This document shows positions 1 to 13,688 of a stretch of 64,000 nucleotides of DNA, piece by piece. The notes beneath the pieces are model-generated. The model saw only the letters and a program-made list of their open reading frames with translations. It was not told where the DNA came from and did not search any database. Numbering within the stretch: position 1 is the stretch's first letter; each line of letters starts with the position of its first letter. The DNA comes from Octopus vulgaris (lineage: Eukaryota). A program made the translations under genes and the position numbers. Location: NCBI GenBank assembly GCA_951406725.2, contig OX597816.1, positions 53,382,001-53,446,000 of the forward strand. The letters are read 5' to 3'.

Positions 1-214
1 TGGCCATAATGTGGGATTGAACTTGGACCCTGTCATTGAGAAGCTAAATGGGTAACTGTCTGAAGTTTAACAGTGGCTGACAAGGTGAATCGTCACTGAA
101 ACACTGAGATGTCCTGTCAGGCAGCTTGTGCGGAATATTCAAACAGAACTGGACAAAGGAATGAATTGGTCACTATATACAATCACTAAAAAATAATAGC
201 CAACTTACAAACAT

Positions 215-429
215 ACTCTTTTACACTTATGCTTGTTTCAGTCATTTGACTGTGGTCATGCTGGAGCAGCGCCTTTAGTCGAGCAAATCGACCCCAGGAC
301 TTATTCCTTGTAAGCCTAGTACTTATTCTATCAGTCTCTTTTGCCAAACCGCTGCATTACAGGGACGTAAACACACCAGCATCGGTTGTCAAGCGATGTT
401 GGGGGGGGGGGCAAACACAGACACACAAA

Positions 430-488
<59 letters not shown>
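215..488 (-). mobile_element. SINE family A, 3' half (tail ...ctgaaacaagtaaaagagta, internal (CA)n/(TA)n)
   Basis: Near-identical to the tails of the copies at 10360, 21735 and (reverse complement) 23195-23404 and 62540-62752. Confidence 0.85.
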
Positions 489-562
489 TCCCTACACAAA
501 TTCTTATCTATTCTCCAATGGTCAATAATAGAAGTTATCATCATCATCGTCATTATCAGACA

Positions 563-1030
563 GAGAGCTGGCAGAATTGTTAGCATGCTGAGCAAAATGC
601 TTCATGTTCTGAGTTCAAATACTGCCGAGGTCGACTTTGCCTTTCATTCTTCCAGGGCAATAAAATAAGTAAGTTGAGCACTGGGATCGATGTAATTGAC
701 TTGTTCCCTCCACCCAAACTTGCTGGCGTTGTGGCAAAATTTGAAACTATAATTATTATTAATATTATTATTATTGTTTTTGTTGTTGTTGTTGTTATTA
801 GTATCATCATCATCATCATTATCATCATTATCATAAAGGCAGTGAGTTTGCAAAATGCTTAGCAGTATTTTATCCATCTTTACATTCTGAGTTCAAATTC
901 AGCCTAGGTTGACTTTGCCTTTCACTCTTTTGGGGGGCCAATGTAATAAGTACCAGATGAACACAGGGGTCAATGCAATCAACTTATCCTCTTTCCCGCA
1001 AATTACTGGCCTTGTACAAACATTTGAAGC
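563..1030 (+). mobile_element. Two decayed SINE family B copies separated by (ATT)/(GTT)/(CAT) microsatellite
   Basis: gagctggcagaa head, B-box-like gagttcaaat, gaggtcgactttgcctttcat core seen many times in the window. Confidence 0.75.
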
Positions 1031-1216
1031 CATTATTATAAGTTGCAGTATTAGTGTTACCCTATTTTGAAAATGGCGACTATGCTAATAACATTTGGTT
1101 ATTAATGTTTTAGCATCATATATATTAAAGTGTTTTTGTTTCCTTCACAAGATCATGTTGCAAATGTTTCCACTATGGAACTGTCTTCTTGCACTCCTGG
1201 CAACAACAACTGCTGT

Positions 1217-1655
1217 GGAGGTGCAATGGTCCAGTGGATAGGGCAGCAGACTCGCGGTCATATGAAAGTGGTTTCGATTCTGCGAGCTGGCAGAAACGTT
1301 AGCGTGCCGGGTGAAATGCTTAGCGGTATTTCGTCTGCCATTACGTTCTGAGTTCAAATTCCGCCAAGGTCGACTTTGCCTTTCATCCTTTCGGGGGCGA
1401 TAAATTAAGTACCAGTCATGCACTGGGGTCGATGTAATCGGCTAAGCCCCTTTGTCTGTCCTTGTTTGTCCACTCTATGTTTAGCCCCTTGTGAGCAATA
1501 AAGAAATGAGAACGCGGTTTCGATTCCCAGACCGGGCATTGTGAGTGTTTATTGAGCAAAAGCACCTAAGCTCCACGAGACTCTGGTGGGTGGGGGGGTG
1601 AACCCCGCTGTACTCTTTCACCACAACTTTCTCTCACTCTTTCTTCCTACTTCTT
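1217..1655 (+). mobile_element. tRNA-derived SINE family D interrupted by a SINE B insertion (1282-1510)
   Basis: Head ggaggtgcaatggtccagtggatagggc; ggtttcgattc is duplicated either side of the nested SINE B; homologous to 56608-56917 (minus). Confidence 0.75.
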
Positions 1656-2471
1656 CCACAAAGCAGAGGAACCATGGTGTAACCCACTATGGTGTGGTAA
1701 ACTTTCAGACCCTAGTCTAGATTGTGACCATCTCTGGATGGTCCAGCTCTCCACCTGTTAAAAGCCACCATTTATGGAATGAGGATAACAACATAGCTTT
1801 CGTGCCCATGCAACAGCCAGTCAATCGCGTGTGGTGGGTGGATCTTCAAGTTGCCGCACACATTCTTAGTAGTTTAGTGTAGGCTCAATTTCGAGATTAT
1901 TCTTTGTGGCTAATGGCGTGAGTCCTGATTGGAAGAAGAAGAAGAACAACTACTACTACTACTACTACTACTACTAATACCTTAAATTCCTTTTTAGCTG
2001 AAACCAGCTTTGATATTCAGGTTAACATTTTATGTTTCCTACCTCATTCATCAACATTTATTTTGATCTTAACTGAAAAGGAATCTTTCCTCAAAATTTG
2101 TGTAGTTCTGTTAATGTAAATGTCAACAGCACTTGTAGAGGAAACAGAAAACAAAATTCACAAACCTAGAATAATCCATCTGAATTCTTTAAACTAATCA
2201 ATTTATTTAATCTAGTTGAGCTATTTCAATGAATGCCATTCAAAGTAAACACAAATATGAAAATAAAATTGTTTTAAAACTATTATTTTCAAGGAAACAA
2301 AAATAAATAATAGGAAAAAAAAATCAGCTGAACAATAACATTTCATTTTTGAACTAATACAAGACTTTTTGAGGAAATTTCTACCTTCAATAACTTTTAA
2401 TAAAAGAGTTTGAAAATATAATATCTTCATATGAAATAATATCACAACTATCAAGATAAAATTCAGACAAC

Positions 2472-2541
2472 CTGAGACTGAAGTCATGAAGTTGGTCTGT
2501 TGTAGGAGAGGAGATGTATTTAAGTACAACTGGAAGGGCAT
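2472..2541 (-). CDS. Candidate internal exon (70 nt; ALPVVLKYISSPTTDQLHDFSL or MPFQLYLNTSPLLQQTNFMTSVS)
   Basis: Long polypyrimidine tract ending tttcttttatgtccag, donor ag|gttgtc (weak), unique sequence, two open frames. Confidence 0.35.
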
Positions 2542-2805
2542 CTGGACATAAAAGAAAGAACAAACAACAAAACAAAAAGAAGTGACACACACATCAACAG
2601 GAACTGGAATAGAGACTATTCAATGGAATAACAGCCATTGTAAAGTGGTTGGTATTAGGAAGGGCATCCAGCCATAGAAACCATACCAAAGCAAACAGTG
2701 GAGCATGATGCAGTCTTGGGCACACAGGATTCTTGTTAAACTGTCCAACACATGCTAGCATGAAACGTAGATGTTAAACGATGATGATGATGATGTTGAT
2801 ACTGG

Positions 2806-3212
2806 ATAAAGTCCAACCCCCTCCTCAAAGCAGTAGGTTGGTGTAAATGGGCAGTGTCAGAGCTATACCGTCGGGAACTTCAGTTCTTGGTGGGGCCACC
2901 CAAGGTGGATTGGTCTGGCACCGAGCGGTATTAGGACTGCAGCCTGGCCAACGGGGCTCTGGTGAAAATTCCAAGAGGTGTCTGATCGGCAACTGGCAGC
3001 TTCAAGGTCGTTCTGTCCATGCATCTGTGGAAACTCCACGGCAAACAGGGTATCCTGTCACTCGGGATATGCATGCAGGATGTCGGGGACCGCTTGTGAA
3101 TTCAATATTCCCATGAAATTTCTTCTATGAATCCTACTATTATGCCGTCAGGACCAGAGAAGAAGCTGGCTCAACCTGCTCTGGGTGAATGCCGTCACAA
3201 GTACAAGTAAGT
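2806..3212 (+). mobile_element. Non-autonomous RTE-like LINE derivative (5'UTR-like segment plus aagtaagt tail)
   Basis: GC-richer island with gagctataccgtcggg...ggggccacccaaggtggattggtc resembling RTE 5'UTRs; related segment at 35340-35500; ends acaagtaagta. Confidence 0.45.
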
Positions 3213-3277
3213 AAACAAAAGTATGATATCTAACTCTGATATACAATTAAAAAAAAAAATGGATCTGATAATGTCAG

Positions 3278-3715
3278 CTTACTTTGACTCATATTTAGGC
3301 CCTCTAATGTAGTGAGACATATCAAGTAGCAAGCTTCTTCCAATGTGATCAATCTGCTGCTGTTCTGCCCCTGACCTACCAAATTGGTCCTCATGTATTT
3401 GAGGTCTTCCTGGAATGTCTAGTGGCAGGTGTTTGGAGGTTATTTTCCTTCTTTGTTTTTTTTTTTGTTTTTGTTTTCTTTCTTCCAATAACCATGTTAT
3501 GGTATTTTTTTTGCATGCCATGTAGCTTGTACGTGTAGCAGGTACAAAAGTGACCTGACTTGTCTGCAATTGTTCTACCAACAGTTCTGCATGTCAATGA
3601 AACATGGAGAATATTGGCAAAGGTGACCAGTCTTTGAAAGATCCTCAAAGTCACATGGCATGATAGAATTATGAAGGAGCAAATCCTTCAGTGAAGCGAG
3701 TCCCAGGAACTGCAA
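3278..3715. pseudogene. Decayed RTE-like LINE fragments in both orientations
   Basis: Plus strand 3575-3715 reads LHVNETW...KILKVTWHDRIMKEQIL; minus strand 3280-3430 reads PGRP...RSLL then aagtaag tail. Confidence 0.45.
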
Positions 3716-4230
3716 AATGGTTTCAGCTACATATGTCTAATAGCATCAGCTATATCTGTCTTACTTCTACAAGGAATGACACCATTTTACTAGAGATGAA
3801 AATAAGATTTAAGAACTAGGAGTACACTAAGTCCATGATGCTGAATTTGGGTAGCTGCCATAATTACTCTGCTCACATTACTCTGAGCTGAAAAAATGGA
3901 GAAGCATCATTGCCTGCATACCTTCCACTAATTTCCATCACAGCATTTTATCAGTTAAAGTCAGTTAAATGTGTAGAAAGAATTCATCATCATCATCATC
4001 ATCATTATCATCATATAGTGTTTGCTTGGTTGTGTGTCAGGCTTTCAAACAAATTGGCTACCTGCCTGACCTGTACTCTCTGGGACCTAGCCTTGCCTGG
4101 TGATTTTCAACAGCTTTCTTAGGCAGTTCGTGGATGCTCTATGTCTAAATGAAAGACAGAATAGTCATGACTCATATACTACTGATCATAGCTCTACTCA
4201 GTCGCAATAGAGACAGCAACAAGAAGAAGA

Positions 4231-4645
4231 ACTGCTGCTGCTACCACCACCACCATCACTACTACTACTGTTACCATTACCACTACGACTACTACTACCA
4301 CCACCATCACCACCACTACCACCACAACCACCACCACTACTACTACCACCACAACCACCACCACTACTGCTACCACCACCACCACCACCACCACCACCAC
4401 CACCACCACTACTACTATGACTACTACCATTACCACCACTACTACTATGACTACTACCACCACCACTACAACTACAACTACCACCACCACCACCACTACT
4501 ACTACAACTACCACCACCACCACCACTACTACTACCACCACCACCATCATTACTACTACTAACTACTATTACTACTACCACCACCACCACTACTACTATT
4601 AATACTACTAATACTACCACCACCACCACCACCACCACTACTACT
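4231..4645. repeat. Compound trinucleotide microsatellite (CAC)n/(TAC)n/(AAC)n
   Basis: Directly visible. Confidence 0.95.
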
Positions 4646-4959
4646 AGAATTTCAGGACTTAAGAAGACCATGGGCTTTGCACTCATTGACTAATGAATAA
4701 AAATCTACACATGCTCTCTTCTTCATAAACATACTATCAAATTCATATACACTCACTAGAATACATATAGAAATTTCTAAGTAGATTTGACTACAGTATT
4801 AAAAAACTATAGATAAAGATCAATATCTAATCAGCAGTATAGAATGGCTTAGCTAACATTTATTTCCTAAGTCATGTTCATCCTATGATAATAATAATTA
4901 GATAAATGGAACTAACCAGTCATTATCTAAAATGGCATCTGGTTTTAAACCACTAGGGA

Positions 4960-5409
4960 ATGATGTTGTTGATGATGATGATGATGATGATGGTGGTGAT
5001 GATGATGATGATGATGATCGTTGTCGTCATCCACTAGCACCACCCCTGCCACCACAGCCACTAACCCCCATCCCCACATGTATTCACATGCACCCTCGTG
5101 TCCCACATGTATCTCCATCCCTACAAACATTCCCTATTATCATCATCATCATCTTCTTCATCGTCATCATCATCATCGTTGTGGTCATCATTCTCCTCCT
5201 CATCATCATCATCATCGTCATGAAAATCAACATCAATATTAAAGTCATCATTGTTATTATCATCAGTAGCAGCAGAACCTTCAGTATCAAAGACGTTCTC
5301 ACTCCTTCTCCTCCTCATCATCATCATCACCATATGTTCTTAGATGTTAGTGTATCACAGACCAAAATGATAATTTCATTAAAGAATAATAACAATAATA
5401 ATAATAATA

Positions 5410-5441
<32 letters not shown>

Positions 5442-5529
5442 CATCATTATAACAATGATAATAATAACAATGATAATAATAATAATGATAATAATAATAA
5501 TGATAAAAATGATGATAATAATAATAAAA

Positions 5530-5580
<51 letters not shown>

Positions 5581-5592
5581 TATAATGATAAC
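4960..5592. repeat. (GAT)n, (CAT)n and (AAT)n/(TTA)n microsatellite cluster
   Basis: Directly visible. Confidence 0.9.
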
Positions 5593-7129
5593 AACACAGT
5601 ATTCTGACCAATGACGTATGTTAACCTACTTCATGTAGAACACCAAAAGGGTGGTAGCTGTGGTGGTGGCAGTGAGGTAGGCAGTTCAAATAAAGAAGAT
5701 TATTAAATTGCCAACACTCTAATTAGACTATATAATATATTATGCTATTTGCAACATTAAATTCTACTAGATATGATAATGAATGAACTTGCATCATCAT
5801 TACATGCCCTTAATACAGGAGAAAATGCAGTGGTTCAGAGTATGTATACAGTATTCTAGAATCTAATACATATATAATTCACAAGCAGTTTAATCTAATG
5901 GTATACATGTTTGCAAAGAATTAGAGCCTTTCGTTATTAAAATGTTGGTGAAGATTGTGAATTAGCAGAATGGTTAGAGAATTGTGGTGTTTGCAGAGGT
6001 TCTTTATATTTTGAGCTCAAATCTCACCAGAGTCAAGTTTTGATTTTTGTCCTGCCAAAGTCAACAGCATAAAGTATCAGTGAACTACTGAGGTGACATT
6101 ACCACCTAACTACCCTCTTCCCAAACATTTTGGGTCCTGTGGCTATATTCCAAGCAGTTATTCTAGGGTTGATCTGGATGAGCCAATAAGGGAGCCTCTA
6201 GGGAGCATCTACACTGACAAAGATTCAGACAAGGGTTTTAGGGGCTGCATCCCAAGGACTACCAGAGATTAAGCTAAAAGTTATTTCATGCATGAATATT
6301 GCATCAGAATATAAGTACTCTTAAATATATATAGATCAGTGCCCCAGCATGGCCTCAGTCTAATGGCTGAAACAAGTAAAAGATAATATATATAAATATA
6401 GAGAAAATAAAACAGGCACTCTGTCAGTTATGACGACAAGGGTTCCAGTTGATCCAATCAATTAACATGCAAATAGTTGAGCACTCCACATGTGCACATG
6501 CACGTAACACAGTTCTCAAGGAGATTCAATGTGACAAAGAATGTGACAAGGCTGGGTCACAAACCTACACTCATCATTGGACACCAAACCTTAGTAAACC
6601 AAGAATATATATGTTTACATAATATTTTCTAATTAGTTCAATGCTTGAGAAAATTAAGTCACTTTGATTTAATTTTGGCAGATAATTCAATGGAAGCAAA
6701 AATCCCAAGGTCCTGATTATTTTTCAAATGATGTATTGTTATTGCTTGCTGGTGATCATTGCAAAAGCCCATGCAAAACCAAGGTAGTTTGAATGAAATA
6801 TCTCATAAAAGTTATGACTGCTAAGCTGAAAAAATGTTGGATCATTATGAAAATAAATTTATTACATGCCATGGGTGTCTTTACAAATTGTCACTTGATG
6901 TTTAGGAGCTATAATCCATATATTTGATCTCCCAATTCAGGATCATGAAGTGTATCATTATTTGATCAAAGTATTGATGACTCATTCACTGGAATCAGTC
7001 AGAGGTTTCGCAAAATCATTAAAAGCACAGATTATTTTTATTTTCACATGTAGAGATTATATTATTAATAATCAAACATTACAAGGGATTTTGCTATACA
7101 AGGGGTAGTTTTATATAAACAATATTTAG

Positions 7130-7258
7130 TTACCAACCACATGGTTCCGGGTTCAGTCCCACTGCCTGACACCTTGGGCAAGTGTCTTCTACTATAGCCT
7201 TGGGCCAACTAAAGCTTTGTGAGAGGATTTGGTAGAGGGAAACTGAAAGAAACCTGTC

Positions 7259-7316
<58 letters not shown>

Positions 7317-7537
7317 ATGTGAGTGTGTGTGTTTGTGTGTCTGTGTTTGTCCCCCCAACAACACTTGACAACTGATATTGGTGTGTTTGCGTCCCCGTAA
7401 CTTAGTGGTTCAGCAAAAGAGACTGATAGAATAAGTACTAGGCTTACAAAGAATAAGTCCTGTGGTCGATTTGCTCGACTAACGGTGGTGCTCCAGCATG
7501 GCTGCAGTCAAATGACTGAAACAAGTAAAAGAGTAAA
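7130..7537 (+). mobile_element. SINE family A, 5'-truncated
   Basis: ggttcagtccc B-box-like motif, ccttgggcaagtgtctt core, (TA)n(TG)n middle, gtaaaagagtaaaa tail. Confidence 0.88.
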
Positions 7538-8177
7538 ACTATTTAGACCAAATTTATTCCAATTTTTTTTTATTACAGAAGTGCATGCGGATTGTTTCCT
7601 AAAATTCAGGTCTGACTATACAGCAAAAATCCTTTTCCTAAGTTGACAACTCAATACAGTTAACATTTTTAATACAAGAAATAATTAAGTGGTGCAAGAA
7701 AAATAAAATTTAGTCAGCAGTGACTAATATTATTTTGATTTTTTTCCAGCAATAACAAAAGACAATACTGAAACTTGGATGATACAGCAAGAACATATCA
7801 GAATTGTTGCCCATACTTGCAAAAATTTGAAGTCATGCTGAATATTGACTAATATTTAAATAAATTATTTAATTGAGTGTCCCCAAAGCAAATACAGTTA
7901 TAAATAATAGGTTATAATATATTGGGCTAAAAACCCCTTGGCTGAATAAAATACCAAAAGTTACTCATGGATTTTAAACCACACAGCCTCTGTAACCATA
8001 AAAGATCTGTTATTAATTGCATCAAAATGATTTCAGTCTGTCTTCCCTCAATTTAGAGAGAAGAACTTTAACTCTTTAGCATTCAGATTTCTCTGTCAAA
8101 TGTAATGCTTGCTTCTTCACATTGTTTTCATGTAATCATGCATTATCTAATAGCTTTAAGATTTTGATGATGTAATT

Positions 8178-8548
8178 ATTGCTTCCGTCTTAGCGAAGGT
8201 GGAGGTATTGTTTTCAGTCACGTTTGTTTGTTTTTTTTGTCTGTGGACAAGATATCTCAAGAACTGCTGGATGGATTAGGACGAAACTTTCAAGGATGTT
8301 TGGCTTCGTGACTGGCACAAGCTGATTAGGTTTTGGGATCGATCTGGTATCAGCAAGGATTCTGGATTATTTTTCCTGTTTTTTCACTTAAATTTTGAGA
8401 GCAGTCAGGTTCATTTTTAGTATTCCTGTTTGTGAGAGCAGTCGAGTTTATTTCAGATATTTTCATTTTAAAAATTATCTCTGGCTAATCGTTGAGAGGG
8501 CCTTGATGTTGCCTTGGTGGAGGTTTGCACTCTCTGAGTGTTCCTGTT
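8178..8548 (+). mobile_element. Helentron-associated non-autonomous element (HINE/DINE-1-like) nested in a TTAA MITE
   Basis: 5' ttattgcttccgtc...ggaggtattgttttc, (gttt)n, 3' ggtggaggtttgcactctctgagtgt hairpin; the host MITE resumes on both sides (8069-8620). Confidence 0.7.
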
Positions 8549-8817
8549 TACTATTTAGAATGAAATTATTGGTGTGAGGGCTCAAATCTGACCAATTTGA
8601 ACACAAAAGAAGTAGAATATTTGTATGTTTACATTTATATTATAAATGAGAAAATATCTACAAATCTAATGGAAGAGATACTGAAGAGTACTTTCATATA
8701 ATTTGAGGCACAACTGTCATAGTTACAGATGATGCATGGTTTGAATCCTGAGGGTAGCTTTTGACCATCTTCCTATTCAAAGGGTTTTTAACCCAATATA
8801 GTGCAAGGTATTATTTA

Positions 8818-9160
8818 AAGGTGCATGGCTCAGTGGTTAGAGCATTGGGCTCACAGTCTTGTAGCAGTGAGTTCGATTCCTGGACCAGGCTGTGTGTTGT
8901 GTTCTTGAGCAAAACACTTTATTTTCACATTGCTCCAGTTCACTCAGCTGTAGAAATGAACTGTGACATCACTGGTGCCAAGCTGAATCACCTTTTACCT
9001 TTCTCTTGGATAACATCAGTGACATGGAGAGGAGAGGTTGGTATGCATGGGCAACTGCTGGTCTTCCAAAAACAACCTTGCCCAGATGTGTGCCTTGGAG
9101 GGTAACTTTCTAGGTGCGATCCCACGGTCATTCATGACCAAAGGGAATTCTTACCCTTTA
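8818..9160 (+). mobile_element. tRNA-derived SINE (family E-like head)
   Basis: A-box-like tggctcagtgg, B-box-like gagttcgattcc, ttcttgagcaaaacactt core. Confidence 0.75.
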
Positions 9161-10359
9161 GCTTTTTTTATTATTTAAATGCTTCTTCTTTTATATTCCA
9201 AACATAAACAGACATTGACTAATATTGTTGTTTCCTTACTGTACTATCTTTGCAAGTTACAATTTTAATAATCCCTGCATTAAATTTAGCATTTCTAACA
9301 TAACAATTTTTTTTAGAAGATGACATCGCTGAATTACCTAAGTAGATGTTTGTCATTCTTTTACATCTATTTTTGTACTCTTTTGATGGTCTCAATCATT
9401 GGACTGTGACCATGCAAGGGCATTGCCTTTAACCCTTCATTGGTCACCTGACCTTTCTGAACACAGTTAGTCACATGAGGTACTTACACACCCCAATATA
9501 AAAATGTTCATAGTTTTAGTATTACATAAAATATACCCATCCTGTTGGTTCAGAATATATCTGCAATCATTACTGAGAAATTTGAAACTCTTGTAGCTGA
9601 TTGATATTAATGTAAAACAATGAAGGAAAATAAATTATGATGCTATATATCAAAGGCTTCTACACAGTTTCTGTCTATTTGAATGCCACTCACAGGTTAC
9701 TGGTCAACCCAAGACTACCAGGTAAGTCATTTGTTCAAGGTGCTACAAAAGGGCTAGAACTCAGAATTCCATTGTTGCAAAGTGAGAGCTTTAGCCTCAG
9801 CTTCGATCAAAATAAAACATCTTCAACTCTTTTACTACCAATCTTTCTAAAACTGTTGTTGTTTTTGGTTTTTTCCTTAAACAAAGCAACCCATTGAAAT
9901 TTTTGTGCTTTAATTAGAATCTTTTATAATTCTATGCAGGATCTTTTTAAGTTCCTTTAAAGTTATATTTCAAACACCAGCTTTATGGTGGCAAAATTAG
10001 TTATTTTACTAAATTCCTCCAAATTCTTGATTATTTTCGAAATTAATTAAAACAGAATTCCACATACGTGCCTGTGTAGGTAAAAAGGCTGCTTTGCAAC
10101 CTCAAGGTTTGGCATTCAGTTCCACTATGTGACATCATGGGCAATTAACATCAACTATGTCTTGTGAAATTTACTTGAGGGAATCTGTACAAAAGCCTGT
10201 CATGTGCGAGTGTGTGTGTGTGTGTGTGTGTGTGCATGTGTGTGCATGCATATATACGTTCATAAATTAGCAGTTTGATGAATAGAGATTGGGGTCAATA
10301 TAGTCAAATTAATCAAGTTAACCCTGAAAGGCAGTATCCCAGAGAGCTTCAGTTCAATT

Positions 10360-10764
10360 ACTCTTTTACTTGTTTCAGTCATTTGACTGTGGCCATGCTG
10401 GAGCACCACCTTTTAGTCAAGCAAATCGACCTCAGGACTTATTCTTTGTAAGCCTAGTACTTATTCTATAGGTCTCTTTTGCCGAACCGCTAAGTTACAG
10501 GGACATAAACACACCAGCATCAGTTGTCAAGCGATGTTGGCAGGACAAACACAGACACACAAACATATACACATATATATATATATATATACATATATAC
10601 GACAGGCTTCTTTCAGTTTCCATCTACCAAATCCACTCACAAGGCTTTGGTCGGCCCAAGGCTATAGTAGAAGACACTTGCCCAAGGTGTCACACAGTGG
10701 GACTGAACCCGGAACCATGTGGTTCGTAAGCAAGCTACTTACCACACAACCACTCCTACGCCTA
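10360..10764 (-). mobile_element. SINE family A, full length
   Basis: Reverse complement of the 23003-23404 and 62323-62752 copies. Confidence 0.9.
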
Positions 10765-10879
10765 TGAAACTATTAATATAATTATTTCAAATTTTAGCAT
10801 AAGACCAGCAATTTTAGTGGGAGTGGGTTAGTTGAGTACATTGACCCCAGTACTTGACTTGTACTTTATTATATCTATC

Positions 10880-11400
10880 CCCCATCGCAAGACATCTATT
10901 TCTGCCTCTCTGTTTCTCTATCACACTTTAATCTTTCATCATCTGATACCAGATCACCTCCTCCAATGCCTGCTCTGTTATGGCAAGACACCTGTTTCTA
11001 CCTCTCTGTCTCTCTGTCGCACTACCCTTTCATCCTCTGACACAAGCACCCCTCTGCAAATGCTCCTGCTTCTCTCATAATTCCTTGTTTTGCGAGTTAC
11101 TTGGTGACCCTGCCACTGCCGGTGCCACTTAAAAAGCGTCCAGTCCACACTGTATAGTGGTTGGCATTTGGAAGGGCATCTAGCTGTAAAATTCATGTCA
11201 AAACTAACCTCACCTGTGCTAGTACCACATAAAAAGCACTGAGTCCATTCTGCAGAATGGTTAGTGTTAGGAAAGGCATCCAGCTGTAAAAACCCTGTCA
11301 AAGCAGACACAGTAGCCTAGCGTAGTTTTCTGCCTGGCCGGCCCTTGTCAACCGTCCTACCCATGCATGCATGGAAGACAGACATAAAATGATGATGATA
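10880..11400 (+). mobile_element. Family C retroposon (RTE-related, (GAT)n tail)
   Basis: ggaagggcatccagctgta core, catgcatgcatggaa...gatgatgat tail; many homologues in the window. Confidence 0.75.
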
Positions 11401-11524
11401 ATCCCCAAAATGATGAAAGGTAAAGTCAACCTTGGCAGAATTTAAAATCAGAAATGACACTAAGCATTTTGTCTGACATGCTAACGATTCAGCCAGTTCA
11501 CCGTCTTAGAAACCATTAAAATAA

Positions 11525-12135
11525 TGATTTCAAATTTTGGCACAAGGCCAGCAATTTTAGGGGTAGTGAGTAATTTGATTACATCAACCCTAGTCTTCAA
11601 CTGGCATTTATTTTATTGCCCTGAAATGATGAAAGGCAAAGTCGACCTCAGCAGAATTAGAACACAGAATGTAAAGATGGACAAAATGCTGCTTAACATC
11701 TTACCCTTTGGGCTAATGATTCTTATTTCTTTATTGCCCACAAGGGGCTAAATATAGAGGGGACAAACAAGAACAGACAAACGGATTAAGTCGATTACAT
11801 CAACCCCAGTGTGTAACTGGTACTTAATTTATTGACCCCAAGAGGATGAAAGGCAAAGTCGACCAAGGTGGAATTTGAACTCAGAATGTAACAGCAGATG
11901 AAATGCCTATTTCTTTACTACCCACAAGGGGCTAAACACAGAGAGGACAAACAAGGACAGACAAATGGGCTAAGTCGATTATATCGACCCCAGTGCATAA
12001 CTGGTACTGATTTAATCGACCCCTAAAGGATGAGAGGCAAAGTCGACCTCGGTGGAATTTGAACTCAGAACGGAGCAGCAGACAAAATGCCACTAAGCAT
12101 TTCGCCGGGCGTGCTAACGTTTCTGCCAGCTCGAC
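11525..12135 (-). mobile_element. SINE family B with tandemly repeated internal unit
   Basis: Three gatgaaaggcaaagtcgacc units; head ttctgccagctcg at about 12130. Confidence 0.85.
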
Positions 12136-12686
12136 ACCTTTCAAACCATTAAAATAAAACATATAATGAACTTCATTATAAATTTGATAATGAAATGGTT
12201 AATCAGCTGCAGTAAAGTCAACTGAAAATAATGGTGCATTTTGTATAGGATAGGTATTGTGTTAAGATATGCTTTGATGAGTAGATTCTCAGTTTTTATC
12301 AAGTATTGATATATCTCATTATACAAAATTAAACTATTAAACAAAATATGTATTTTCACTTCAAATATGAATTTTTAAAATGTGTAAAAGTTCTACTGCT
12401 GATGAAACAATATTTTGTTCAACACTTCTGCAGCAAAATTTTGATAATATCAGTGAAAGTCTATTGTTAAAAGAATTTAATGGTCACAATCATCTACATT
12501 AATCCCCACATGTTGCAATACATTATAAAATAGCTATAATATTTCGGCAGTGAGGTGGGTTATGATTCATCATGTTCTGAGTCATTTCTTATTGGGAGCC
12601 ACTGGTATTAAAATGGCTAAAAGGTGCTTTATTTATAAAAGTGCAGTTAAGCAGTTCACTTTGCAACAATGGCATCCTGGATTTAA

Positions 12687-12908
12687 CCCTTTCGCTACTG
12701 TATTTATTTTGAGATGCTCTGTGTTTCTTTCAATTAGTTTTAAATATAACAAAGAATTTAGTAAAATAGCTTAGTTATCATTAAGCTTGTGTTAAGAGCA
12801 TAAATTGTGACTACGGTTTGATGGAAGATTTTAATTCAGAACTTTTGAGAACAAGACATTTGAACTACAGAGCCAGAGGCAGTTTCAGCCGGCTTAGTAT
12901 CAAAAGGG
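12687..12908. mobile_element. piggyBac-type MITE
   Basis: TTAA|ccctttcgctac ... gtatcaaaaggg|TTAA. Confidence 0.7.
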
Positions 12909-13062
12909 TTAATCCTACTGCGTGGCATTTTGACCAGCTGTTATACATGCTAGTCTTAATGGTTATAGCTAACTAGAACTAGATAAATGCTGCTCAAAAT
13001 ATCAGATATTTCTTCTTAGAATTCACTTTTCTTGTACTATTGGTACATATTTCTAAACTCAC

Positions 13063-13111
13063 TTTTGCAGAAGTAGGTGACTGTTAGCATTTTCAGATTG
13101 TTGTGTTTGAC
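13063..13111 (-). CDS. Candidate internal exon (49 nt; VKHNNLKMLTVTYFCK or QTQQSENANSHLLLQ)
   Basis: Acceptor ttttataacttttag|g, donor aa|gtgagt, unique sequence. Confidence 0.3.
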
Positions 13112-13657
13112 CTAAAAGTTATAAAACTATTCACAGCTCCACCTGAGCCATCTCAAAAGCATTGTAGGCTACAGGCAATTCAGTACACTAGGCCCTCTAG
13201 TATTTATTTACTGACAGCAAGCCACAGCATATATATAGATCAGAACTGAGCCCATAGACATGTGAGGCCCCTGGGCAAGTGCCGAAAGTGCCCTACCTTA
13301 ATCCTTTACCATTCAAACTGGCCATGTTCAGTTTAAATATTCTACCTTCTTTATGTTCAAACAAGCCAAATCTTGCTTCTTACACCTACCCGACAATACC
13401 ATTCCTGAAGTAGAGTCACATCATGGAAATCTCACAGCTATGAGATAATGCATGACTAATTCAAAACAATGTGAATAAATAAGCATTATATTTGGTAAAG
13501 TAATCCGAATATAAAAGGGTCAAGACAGCACTGTTCTTGACCAATGATTTGTGAGTGGAAATCGATAGACAAAAACTGTTCCTCTCTCAAATAACTCTCT
13601 GCCTGTTATGCTCCTGCGCCGTCCACTAATTCAAATCCACTTCTTCTGATTACAGCA

Positions 13658-13688
<31 letters not shown>

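Noticed and set aside
3279-3581. 100-aa ORF ending at a gtaag donor-like site
   Set aside because: Better explained as an RTE-like 3' end with an aagtaag tail plus a poly-T tract.
4149-5534. Long poly-His/Gly/Thr/Asp ORFs
   Set aside because: Translations of trinucleotide microsatellites, open in several frames on both strands; no coding evidence.
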